From contig JAIOOV010000004.1 in NCBI GenBank assembly GCA_021414235.1, positions 473,591 through 537,590 of the forward strand: 64,000 nt of DNA, in the 5' to 3' direction. Position 1 is the first letter of the stretch; each line of letters starts with the position of its first letter. The notes under the pieces were generated by a model. The model was not told where the DNA came from. It saw only the letters and a program-made list of their open reading frames with translations, and did no database searches. The DNA is from Candidatus Parcubacteria bacterium. GTDB lineage: Bacteria; Patescibacteriota; Minisyncoccia; Phycocordibacterales; JAKFXT01. The position numbers and the translations under genes are program-made. Shown one piece after another: positions 10,717 to 19,230 of the stretch.

Positions 10717-12261
10717 CTAATCCTTGGGCACGAGTCCCGCTAGCTTTTCAGCGCGCTTAGCAATCTTGAGAAGCTTCTCGCGAGTCCCCAGGCGTTCGCC
10801 AGGAGTCCTGGCGCGAAGTGTGCTGACGAAGCCGGCCTGATCATGCTCGAGACTGATTTCAAGCATCTCCAAGTGACGATCGAGCCGCTCTGTCAGCACC
10901 CTGAAAGCAGTGGAAGGTTTCTGCTTCCTGGTCCGACGCTGCACCCCGAGTTCTTTGGCCATCTTGCGGATTTGCACGACGGCCATGGCTACGGAAAGCC
11001 CTTTCACCAAAAGAGCAGCTTTCATCTGCGACTCAGGAGGAAGGTCGGAGATAGCTATGGCCACATCCGTGACCAACTTATCCGTCGTCTTGCTCTCCTC
11101 GCCGGCTTTCAGGGCGACGAGCGCCCTGACCTCAGGAACGAGGTTAGTCAATCGGAGAAATCGTGAGACGTTGACTTGATTTTCCCCAACCAACGCTGAA
11201 ATCTGCGTTTGAGTGAGGCCATCCTTCCTGAACTGCTCGAACGCCAACGCCTTCTCCATAGGCGTATGAGTCTGACGGTGGAAGTTCTTCATGACCGAAA
11301 GGGCGAAAAGGATTCTCCTGTCCGCCGGGTCATCGCAGACCACGGCAAGGTAGGTAGGTATCCCCGCTGTAAGACACCCTTGCCACCGACGCTCGCCATC
11401 CACGATCATGTAGAGCTTGCCCACCTCGCCATCGTAGGGCACGACCAATGCAGACTCTTGTTGCCCGACCAGCTTGAGCGAATCGACCAAGGCCACCATC
11501 GCAGCCGGATCGAAATATTTCCGAGGCTGATTCGGATTCGGACAAACCTGAGAGGTGGGCACCTCTATAGCTCCCCGAAACCTGTACTTTTCGCGAAGCT
11601 CTTTTAGCGAAGCGATGTATGCTTCCGAGATTGCCGCGGCTTTCCGGGAAGCAGACAATTCCAACGCTTCCGTTTCTAGAGGAATCCGAGCTGACACCGC
11701 GATAGGCTTCGGCTCGGGTTTCGGCTTCGAAGAAGGCGCCTGTTCCGCGACGCGCGGTTCATGAGGAACCTCCTTGTTAACAACCTCGGGCTTGAGTGGT
11801 GCCGACTTTGGAGCGGACGCAGGAGAAGTCAGTGCTGATTTCGCTTGAACCGGTGGCTGCACAGGCGCAGCTGCCGGCTTAGACGGAGCAACCAATACTG
11901 GTCTTTCCGAGGGCGGATCCTTACGAAGAGTTGATCCTGGCCTCGCGGGCAAAGTCGGCCTAGCAACCAGCGAGCCTCTGGACTGATGCACAACTCTGGA
12001 ACGACATGCGTCTGTCCCCTGACTCTCGTGGAATTCGCAGAGACCCTTGATAGGATCCTTCACTCTCGCCTTAGGGTCCACGAAGCCCTGCAAGATACAA
12101 AAACCGCAGAGCCTCCAACGTGAGGTGCATCCTCCGCAGAACTCGCTGTTTTTCCGGTAGACACTCGTAAGCCCTTCGCAGGTAACCTGAGGAACCGGTT
12201 TACCAGCTTGCGCCTTGCACAGATGTGTCTGCCCCGAAGGGCCGACGGACGTATCAGTCAT
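10717..12261 (-). CDS. ParB/Spo0J-family protein with N-terminal Cys-rich region and Pro-rich linker
   Basis: PNPNQPRKYF, YMIVDGERRWQG, NFHRQTHTPMEKA and an HTH-like segment (LTQTQISALVG); N-terminal CxxC motifs. Confidence 0.85.
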   Translation of the reverse strand: MTDTSVGPSGQTHLCKAQAGKPVPQVTCEGLTSVYRKNSEFCGGCTSRWRLCGFCILQGFVDPKARVKDPIKGLCEFHESQGTDACRSRVVHQSRGSLVARPTLPARPGSTLRKDPPSERPVLVAPSKPAAAPVQPPVQAKSALTSPASAPKSAPLKPEVVNKEVPHEPRVAEQAPSSKPKPEPKPIAVSARIPLETEALELSASRKAAAISEAYIASLKELREKYRFRGAIEVPTSQVCPNPNQPRKYFDPAAMVALVDSLKLVGQQESALVVPYDGEVGKLYMIVDGERRWQGCLTAGIPTYLAVVCDDPADRRILFALSVMKNFHRQTHTPMEKALAFEQFRKDGLTQTQISALVGENQVNVSRFLRLTNLVPEVRALVALKAGEESKTTDKLVTDVAIAISDLPPESQMKAALLVKGLSVAMAVVQIRKMAKELGVQRRTRKQKPSTAFRVLTERLDRHLEMLEISLEHDQAGFVSTLRARTPGERLGTREKLLKIAKRAEKLAGLVPKD

Positions 12262-12364
12262 GATAGCCTCCCGGGGCTTTTGTGGTTGGGGGCGCCGACG
12301 TCAAAGACCTCGGTCTGCGGGGAATTATGTCCGAGAAGGCTTTAAAAGCAAGTTAGTGCTTAAC

Positions 12365-12817
12365 CTAAAAAATATAGAAAGCACAGGCCGCGGCGCTGAG
12401 CCAACAGATAGTAGAGATGGCTCCGCTCGCGAAAAGCCAGAATTTTTCATTCTTCGAGAGCGCAGCGAAAGAGCGTTCGAAGGCTACATTCATGAGCCTG
12501 CCGATGAAGAGTGCGTTCACCGCGAGTACCGCAACGAAAAACATCTTCTTGAAGAAGGTCGGAGACTGCCCCGAGAGGAGATAATCGCGCGTGGGCCAGA
12601 AGAGCAGGAAGCCAGTAGCGATCATGCCGAGCAAGCCTATCCAGACAAGACGATGGAGAAGCATTGTCTTCTTCCTATCAAGCACCTGCTTTGTGCCGCG
12701 GAAATAAGTGAAGGCGTCGTGGTCAGCAAGCAGAATCGCGAGTGCGGTCAAACACAAGATACCGATATGCACCGGCAGGATAGGGAGCTGAGAAAGCGTG
12801 TCGAGAAAAGAGATCAT
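12365..12817 (-). CDS. Four-helix integral membrane protein
   Basis: Four hydrophobic segments with several His; 5 bp downstream of the cytochrome b5 gene. Confidence 0.75.
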   Translation of the reverse strand: MISFLDTLSQLPILPVHIGILCLTALAILLADHDAFTYFRGTKQVLDRKKTMLLHRLVWIGLLGMIATGFLLFWPTRDYLLSGQSPTFFKKMFFVAVLAVNALFIGRLMNVAFERSFAALSKNEKFWLFASGAISTICWLSAAACAFYIF

Positions 12818-12822
12818 TCTTG

Positions 12823-13197
12823 CTATTGAACTAACGTACCGATCTTGAAGGCAGCGAGCACGTCATTGGGCTGCGCCTGGCTTCCATGCTGGCCATTGAA
12901 TGCAGCGGAGCCATCCTTACCGCATATCTTAAGTATATTCCTCTCCCCTCCCGGATGCTGGCTTATCCACGCAGTCAGATCGTAGACTCCGCCATCAATG
13001 GCGCTCCAGCAGCTCTCCTTCGCAGCGTGAGTGGCTACATCCGCCAGGGTATAGGTCTTGGAAGTATCAACGGAAGTAGTGCCTATGGGCTGACCGTCTT
13101 TCCCTACAAAAGAGCTGGAATTGGTGCTGCTAAAATACCAATAGCCTACGCCGCCCAATACTGCTACCGCGACGAGTCCGATCAGAATTTTGTTCAT
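12823..13197 (-). CDS. Membrane-anchored cytochrome b5-like heme-binding domain protein
   Basis: YTLADVATH...CWSAIDGGVYDLTAWISQHPGG...CGKDGSAAFNGQH; N-terminal TM segment. Confidence 0.92.
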   Translation of the reverse strand: MNKILIGLVAVAVLGGVGYWYFSSTNSSSFVGKDGQPIGTTSVDTSKTYTLADVATHAAKESCWSAIDGGVYDLTAWISQHPGGERNILKICGKDGSAAFNGQHGSQAQPNDVLAAFKIGTLVQ

Positions 13198-13304
13198 TGG
13201 ATAGCTAAACTAGAGTTAGATGTCTTCTATTATAGTACAAAATAACTTCTTATTTATTTCAAAAATAGATACCGAGAAAAAGACTTTCGATTATGCATCG
13301 GTGT

Positions 13305-13357
13305 CATAAAAGAAAGACGGCCCGGACATTTGTCCGGGCCGTACCCTTTCGGGATTT
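13305..13357 (-). repeat. Repeated terminator element, copy 2
   Basis: cataaaagaaagacggcccggacatttgtccgggccgtaccctttcgggattt; compensatory base-pair change relative to copy 1. Confidence 0.85.
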
Positions 13358-13361
13358 AATA

Positions 13362-13742
13362 CTACCCCTTGGAAACCGCCCTTGCAGGAACTCTCTGCGC
13401 CAGCCTGGAGGCAAGCTGGGAAAGATGGAAGATCCTGGCCCGGAGATCGTTGGACTCCTGGATAGGCATCTTCCCAAGGGCGGATTGAAAAGTGCCGATA
13501 GGTACCTGGAGATTGCGCTCCAGTTCGGCGCACATCTTATCGACGCGCTTCTGCAGAGCCTTGGCACTCACGGGAATCGCGCCGTCTTTGGGCGACGATC
13601 GCAATACTCCCGGCTTCGATGCCGAGGTAGATTGGGTTCTCGGTCTTTGTGCCAATCCCGAACTCGCAGCCCCCGCCCGCCCAGCGGAACGAATCATGGA
13701 CGGACGCCAGTTCTCATTTCCACCCATCTGACTAACGCTCAT
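13362..13742 (-). CDS. Hypothetical basic protein (orphan)
   Basis: 126-aa ORF with GAGGG RBS-like sequence, ending at the repeated terminator. Confidence 0.55.
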   Translation of the reverse strand: MSVSQMGGNENWRPSMIRSAGRAGAASSGLAQRPRTQSTSASKPGVLRSSPKDGAIPVSAKALQKRVDKMCAELERNLQVPIGTFQSALGKMPIQESNDLRARIFHLSQLASRLAQRVPARAVSKG

Positions 13743-13846
13743 TGGTGCCCTCGTAGCTGATGTGATTGTTCCCGAATTACGATTCGTATTGTTTATAACA
13801 CTAAAATTGTGTCAGGTCAATGTTATCAAAAGAAGGTAACGTGGAT

Positions 13847-16069
13847 CTATTTCGCCACCGCAACCGCTTCATCAAAACGAACCGAGAGAAGCTTCGAAGC
13901 TCCTTCACTACCCATGGTCACACCATAGAGGACACCTGCACGGCTCATGGTCTCACGGTTGTGAGTGATGAGGATGAGCTGGGAATATTTGGAAAGACTC
14001 TCCACCATATCGCCGTACTTGCGGGAATTAGCTTCGTCGAGCGCCGCATCTGTCTCATCGAGAATCACAAAAGGCGGCGGATTAACCTGAGAGATAGCAA
14101 AGAGGAGCGCGATGGAGGTAAGAGCGCGCTCGCCACCAGAGAGCATCTGGAGACCCTTGGTGCGCTTATTGGGAAGAGAGACGCTGATGTCTATTCCCTC
14201 CTCCGCTTCCTCCTGCGGCGCCTCCCCTTCGAGATCCTCCGCTGCCTGCCGGCGACGCTTAGGTGCCTCGACAGTAGAAAGCGCGGCCGTGCCTCCGCCG
14301 AACATGAGCGCAAAGAATTTCTGGAAAGCGCTATTTATCTTCCCCATACCTTCGGTGAATTCTTTCTCGAGTTTCTCAGAGAGCTCTGCAATCAAACCTC
14401 GTAGTGTCTCAGCGGAGTGCGCAAGATCTACCAGTTCTTTTTCAAGATAGGCATCGCGTGTCTTGGTATCCTCGTACTCCTTCTCTGTATCAGCTCCACC
14501 TGCTCCACCCATCTCCTCCAAACGGATCTTCATCTTCTCCAAAGTCTTGCGGCGCGTCTCCTGTTCAAAGCGCGCTTCGCGGCCACCACTCAGCACCACT
14601 TCGTTGTAACGCAGCACCGGGAGCCCAAGAAGCGCTTGGCCCTCCATGAGTTCTGATTTGAACGCAGCTTCGTCACGCTTCAATGTATCCTCACGAGAAC
14701 GCAGTACGAAGAGCTGCTGAGAAAGATCGTTGCGCTTAGAGACCAGCGCAAACATCTCACGCTCCGCGTCGCGGCCAGAGCGCTCATCAGCTTCGATAGC
14801 TTCTTTCAGTTCCTGGTAGTGTTTACGCGCCGCTTCGCTCTTCTCCTTGGCAGCCGATGCCTTACCACCAAGCGCCGCCTTCTCCCCCTTCAGCTTCTTT
14901 ATCTCCGCCTCAATCTCTCCGGAGTGATCATCCGCCGCACGCTTGCCGGAGACGAAAGAGCGGACCAGGCCAGCTATAGTATTCAAAAGTTCACGGAGAA
15001 CTGAAATGTTCTCCTCGCGCGAAGCCTGCGCTACGAAATTCTCCGCCTCCTTCACTACCCGCTCAAGCTCGGAGCGTGGAATAGTGACACTCTCAGACTG
15101 AACACTGTTTGCCGCGCGCGCGAGTGCTTTCTCTTCGGCGAAGATGATACCGTCGAGACGGCTCTCCTCGCGACGAAGCGATTCCATCTCCTCTTCTGCT
15201 TGGCGTAGCGCTCTTTCCGCTTCTGCGAATTCGCGACCCTCTTTGTCCCGACCCTTGCCGGAGAGCAACGACTCGATAGCTTTTACCCGTTCATCCACAG
15301 CCTTCAATTCCGCTGTAGGTCCTTCAAGGGAGGAGGCAAGTGACGCGCGCTCCTCCCCAAGATATGTCTCCTCGCGCTTGAGATATTCCTGATACAGCGT
15401 CTCGAGCTCGCGCTTCAGCGCTTCCGCCTTACGCACCTTCTCCATCTGCTTCTCCAGGAAGCGCAGATGCGGTGCCAATTCCTTACGAAGCGATTCCACC
15501 TGCTTCATGTTCTCGGCAGTCTTCTCCAATTTGCGCTCACTCTCCTCGCGCTTGTACTGATACACCTTGAGGCCGAGTGCATCCTCGATCATCGCTTTGC
15601 GCTCCTTGATGGAGGCATTCAGGATCCGATCCGCTTCGCCCTGAGAGATGATGTGATGGCCGGAGGCGCCGATGTTGGCAGACGCGAGAAGTTCGAGAAT
15701 ATCCTTGAGGCGCACTTGAGTGCCGTTGAGGCGGTATTCGTTGGTACTATCGCGGAAGACCGTACGCTCCAGAGAGACTTCATCGAAGTCCACATTGAAG
15801 ACCTTGGGATTGTTGTTGAAGACGAGCTTCGCAGAAGCACGTGCAGGCTTGGGCAAGGTCTTGGAGCCGGAGAAGATGAGGTCCTCGCCGCGCTTGCCAC
15901 GCATGCTCTTCATGGACTGCTCGCCCAAGACGAAGCGGAATGCTTCGGCCACGTTTGATTTACCAGAGCCGTTCGGCCCCACGATGCCGGTGATCGGCGT
16001 AGTGAAATTGAGCTCAGTCTTCTTGGCGAATGACTTGAAGCCGTAGAGTTCGAGGCTCTTTAGATACAT
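13847..16069 (-). CDS. smc: Chromosome segregation SMC ATPase (short form)
   Basis: MYLKSLELYGFKSFA, Walker A GPNGSGKSN, signature LSGGE, Walker B LDETDAALD, coiled coils. Confidence 0.93.
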   Translation of the reverse strand: MYLKSLELYGFKSFAKKTELNFTTPITGIVGPNGSGKSNVAEAFRFVLGEQSMKSMRGKRGEDLIFSGSKTLPKPARASAKLVFNNNPKVFNVDFDEVSLERTVFRDSTNEYRLNGTQVRLKDILELLASANIGASGHHIISQGEADRILNASIKERKAMIEDALGLKVYQYKREESERKLEKTAENMKQVESLRKELAPHLRFLEKQMEKVRKAEALKRELETLYQEYLKREETYLGEERASLASSLEGPTAELKAVDERVKAIESLLSGKGRDKEGREFAEAERALRQAEEEMESLRREESRLDGIIFAEEKALARAANSVQSESVTIPRSELERVVKEAENFVAQASREENISVLRELLNTIAGLVRSFVSGKRAADDHSGEIEAEIKKLKGEKAALGGKASAAKEKSEAARKHYQELKEAIEADERSGRDAEREMFALVSKRNDLSQQLFVLRSREDTLKRDEAAFKSELMEGQALLGLPVLRYNEVVLSGGREARFEQETRRKTLEKMKIRLEEMGGAGGADTEKEYEDTKTRDAYLEKELVDLAHSAETLRGLIAELSEKLEKEFTEGMGKINSAFQKFFALMFGGGTAALSTVEAPKRRRQAAEDLEGEAPQEEAEEGIDISVSLPNKRTKGLQMLSGGERALTSIALLFAISQVNPPPFVILDETDAALDEANSRKYGDMVESLSKYSQLILITHNRETMSRAGVLYGVTMGSEGASKLLSVRFDEAVAVAK

Positions 16070-16089
16070 TGTCTTGTATTGTAACGGTA

Positions 16090-16114
16090 AACCGGCCTCG
16101 AGGGGAGGCCGGTT
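16090..16114. terminator. Hairpin downstream of rnc
   Basis: aaccggcctc-gaggg-gaggccggtt. Confidence 0.5.
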
Positions 16115-16135
16115 CTGTTAGAAAGTCTTGATATT

Positions 16136-16831
16136 TTAAAGCCACGCCCTCGCCTTAAGCCCCGCCCTCGCCGCAGACTGCTCGGCCTCCTGCTTTGACT
16201 TGCCATCGCCCTTGGCAATGAGATCGCGACCGATGTAGACCGCCACAGTGAAGTGTTTGTCGTGATCCGGGCCCTCTTCCTTCATCACCTGATAGGAAGG
16301 CGTGGTACCTTCGATCTCCTGAGCCTTCTCCTGGAAGTGACTCTTGGCATCGAGCCAGAGCTTGTCGCTCACCACTTTGTCAGTAAGCGGGAACACTGTG
16401 CGAGAGATGAATCCGCGCGCAGCTTCGTAGCCCTGATCGAGGAAGATGGCGCCTACAAAGGCTTCGAAAGTATTCGCCAGGATGTACTGGCGCGCGCGAC
16501 CCTTGTCCTTGGCTTCTCCTTTGGAGAGCAGCAGGTACTTATCCATATGAAGATCCGCAGCGATGTCCGAGAGGGTGTTGGCGTTCACGAGTGCCGCACG
16601 GTACGAGGTAAGATCACCTTCAGTGTCTTCCGGGAACTTGGCGTAGAGGAATTCGGTGACCGCAAGCTCAAGAACAGCATCCCCTAGGAACTCCAGACGC
16701 TCGTTGTGCCCTACGGAGAGTTTCTTGTGTTCGTTTAAATACGAGCGGTGCGTAAAAGCCTGCTTGAGGAGGTTAGCATCCTTAAAGGGGACGCCTAATT
16801 CTGTTGCGAATTCAGGGACAGTGGCTGGCAT
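16136..16831 (-). CDS. rnc: Ribonuclease III
   Basis: HNERLEFLGDAVLEL signature and dsRBD (GPDHDKHF...GKSKQEAEQSAA); start ATG 16831 or TTG 16867. Confidence 0.97.
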   Translation of the reverse strand: MPATVPEFATELGVPFKDANLLKQAFTHRSYLNEHKKLSVGHNERLEFLGDAVLELAVTEFLYAKFPEDTEGDLTSYRAALVNANTLSDIAADLHMDKYLLLSKGEAKDKGRARQYILANTFEAFVGAIFLDQGYEAARGFISRTVFPLTDKVVSDKLWLDAKSHFQEKAQEIEGTTPSYQVMKEEGPDHDKHFTVAVYIGRDLIAKGDGKSKQEAEQSAARAGLKARAWL

Positions 16832-16871
16832 GAGGGTTACGCTACTAGATTGAGCCTTTTCGGGCAACTCG

Positions 16872-17774
16872 TTACTTTTTCAATAAAAGGTTGATGGCTT
16901 TGGTGACGATGGCCAGGATATCGTCATAGAAATTGAGGTTGAGGATATCGGAGAGCTTGAACCACTGAGTAGCATCGAGTCCGCCCGTCTTCTGGAGCGT
17001 CACGTTCTGGAAGGGACCCTTGGCGAGATAGTAGGTGACCTGCTTGCGGAGCTTGCCCTTGTCCGGGTCCGATGCGATGTACTCGTTGTCCCCCAGCTTG
17101 TCCTCTACCACTATAGGCAGATCTATCTCCTCCTTGATCACGCGCACCACGCCCTCCTTGAGATCCTCGTTCTCCGCCACATGGCCCTTGGAGAGCGTCC
17201 AATGTCCAAAGATGTCGTGTACGAGAGCGAGGTAGACATCGTCTCCCTCCTTCGCATACACCACCGCTCCGACTAATTTCTCAATGGGCATCTGCTCGTA
17301 CGGAATGTCCTCAATCTTCTTACGCTTCCTCTTCGAGACCTCGTCTTTCCCCGGCTCACCAATCTCCTTATAGACCGCTCCCAAGACGCCGTTCACGAAC
17401 TTACCGCTGTTCTCCCCGCCGAAGGTCTTAGCAAGCTCGATAGCTTCGTTGATGGCCACCTTGGCGGGCACCTCTGCCCTATCCGCAAAGAGGAGCTCGA
17501 AGAGCCCGATACGCAGAATATTGCGATCCACCGGGGCGATCTTGTCGATCGGCCAGTCCGGCGCAGCGCGTTCGATGATGAGGTCGAGGTCCGGACGCTT
17601 GGCGAGCACATTTGCCCCTAGCTCCAGCATGAAGGAGAGGTCCCCGCCGCCAGGCGCAAATTCTTCGGCATTCCTATTTACCACTTCCGGGAGAGCCTCG
17701 TTCGGCAAACCGCGACTATCCCACTCGAAGAGGGATTGCATCACGATAGAACGGGAGAGGTGTCTATTTGCCAT
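16872..17774 (-). CDS. nusB: Transcription antitermination factor NusB fused to a Nudix-fold domain
   Basis: VDRNILRIG...VAINEAIELAKTFG...FVNGVLG, then WTLSKGHV...EGVVRVIKEEI (degenerate Nudix box). Confidence 0.93.
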   Translation of the reverse strand: MANRHLSRSIVMQSLFEWDSRGLPNEALPEVVNRNAEEFAPGGGDLSFMLELGANVLAKRPDLDLIIERAAPDWPIDKIAPVDRNILRIGLFELLFADRAEVPAKVAINEAIELAKTFGGENSGKFVNGVLGAVYKEIGEPGKDEVSKRKRKKIEDIPYEQMPIEKLVGAVVYAKEGDDVYLALVHDIFGHWTLSKGHVAENEDLKEGVVRVIKEEIDLPIVVEDKLGDNEYIASDPDKGKLRKQVTYYLAKGPFQNVTLQKTGGLDATQWFKLSDILNLNFYDDILAIVTKAINLLLKK

Positions 17775-17851
17775 ACGTGTGGTGCGGGAGTACCGAACCG
17801 GCCGTCAAAGAACTTTTCATATATGCCCTTACGGGACTTTGTGGAGAGTTA

Positions 17852-18079
17852 TTACTTCGAGTCCGGAGTAGCCTTCGCCTTTGCCTTCTTTGCCTTGCGT
17901 GCCTGCTTCGCGACGACGTCTATGACCACGCGGCCGCGATACTTTCCGCAAGTAGCGCAAGCACGGTGGGAAGAACGCATCGCTCCGCACTCGCACTTGC
18001 TAGTGCGCGGCGCTACAAGCGCATGATGGCTGCGGCGATTGGCCGTGTGGGCCCGAGTATGTCGCATTCGTACTACCAT
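17852..18079 (-). CDS. rpmF: 50S ribosomal protein L32
   Basis: RRSHHAL...CECG...HRACATCGKYRGR. Confidence 0.95.
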   Translation of the reverse strand: MVVRMRHTRAHTANRRSHHALVAPRTSKCECGAMRSSHRACATCGKYRGRVVIDVVAKQARKAKKAKAKATPDSK

Positions 18080-18198
18080 ACGGAGACTTTAGCAGATATG
18101 GGTTAGAAAATCAAAAGCGCCGGATTTTACTCCGGCGCCGGGCAGACCCCTAAGTCAGATACATTGTTATTGTTTTGAACCAAACAGAGCTCAGCCCC

Positions 18199-18609
18199 CT
18201 ATTGCGGAGGATGATCCACCTTGAGCCTCAAGAGGATTCGGCCTTCGACCTCCTTGATGTGATCCGCCGGGTTAAGTTCTTCCGACGAGGTGTTGGGCGG
18301 CATCACCAGCAGGAAGTCTGAGCAGTAGCCGAGGACACGGGTGGTTGGTGAATCAGCCCTCCCACAATCGGCGAAGTTTCGACAGAAATCCCTGCAGAGA
18401 GCTTTGCACTCCACACCATAGGGAGTGTCTTCAAGAAGTTTGCACAGATTCTCTGGGTCCGCCAGAGTGGAAAGGTAGCGCTGGTCCGTCTCCTGACGAG
18501 AGACAGCCAGAGGTATTGCAGGCATTTTTCCCCCACATGGACTTAGTTGCACGAAACGAACTAGGAAATAGCAGACCCCACTATCCCACAGACTGTGACT
18601 GTAAGTCAA
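18199..18609 (-). CDS. Hypothetical protein (orphan)
   Basis: ORF downstream of rnhB; true start may be the internal ATG (MPAIPL...). Confidence 0.45.
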   Translation of the reverse strand: MTYSHSLWDSGVCYFLVRFVQLSPCGGKMPAIPLAVSRQETDQRYLSTLADPENLCKLLEDTPYGVECKALCRDFCRNFADCGRADSPTTRVLGYCSDFLLVMPPNTSSEELNPADHIKEVEGRILLRLKVDHPPQ

Positions 18610-19208
18610 ACGTTACGGCAGAAGGAAATCCGATGCTCCGGGGATAGCCCGAACGCCCGTATGGCAGTCCTGTGTACTAAAGTTCCATAACCCTTATGCA
18701 CCTCAAATGCGTACTTGGGATACTTCTTCGCTAAACGCTTCATCAGGCGATCGCGCGAAACCTTGGCGGCAATGGAAGCGAGCGCGATAGAAGGTTCTTT
18801 CTCATCCCCTTTTATGATCGTCTTCTGATTCTTAAATTCCGAAGGAGCCTTGAGCCCGCCATCGAGGAGAACTTGGGTATTCCCAGAGTCGGGGACAAGC
18901 TTACCGAGCGCCCGAGCGAGCGCGCTCCGTACCGCCGGCACTATCCCCTCCCTATCAATCACTCTCGCAGAAGCAAAACACACTGCGTAATCAATCACCC
19001 CCTCCTTCTTCCACTCCCTCATACGCAAAAGCCAGGCTTCGCGATTCTTCTCAGAGAGCTTCTTAGAATCACGGAAACCAGCAAAGCGACGCTCTTCTCC
19101 CCTTCGGATACGACACGCTCCCACTGCTACCGGACCCGCGAGCGGCCCTCTTCCCGCCTCATCAATTCCCACCACAAAAATATGCTTCTCGGGAGAACTT
19201 CGCGACAT
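18606..19208 (-). CDS. rnhB: Ribonuclease HII
   Basis: VGIDEAGRGPLAGPV, RDSKKL, IALASIAAKVSRD, HKGYGT. Confidence 0.97.
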   Translation of the reverse strand: MSRSSPEKHIFVVGIDEAGRGPLAGPVAVGACRIRRGEERRFAGFRDSKKLSEKNREAWLLRMREWKKEGVIDYAVCFASARVIDREGIVPAVRSALARALGKLVPDSGNTQVLLDGGLKAPSEFKNQKTIIKGDEKEPSIALASIAAKVSRDRLMKRLAKKYPKYAFEVHKGYGTLVHRTAIRAFGLSPEHRISFCRNV

Positions 19209-19230
19209 ACCCCTACGGTATACTAGGCAC

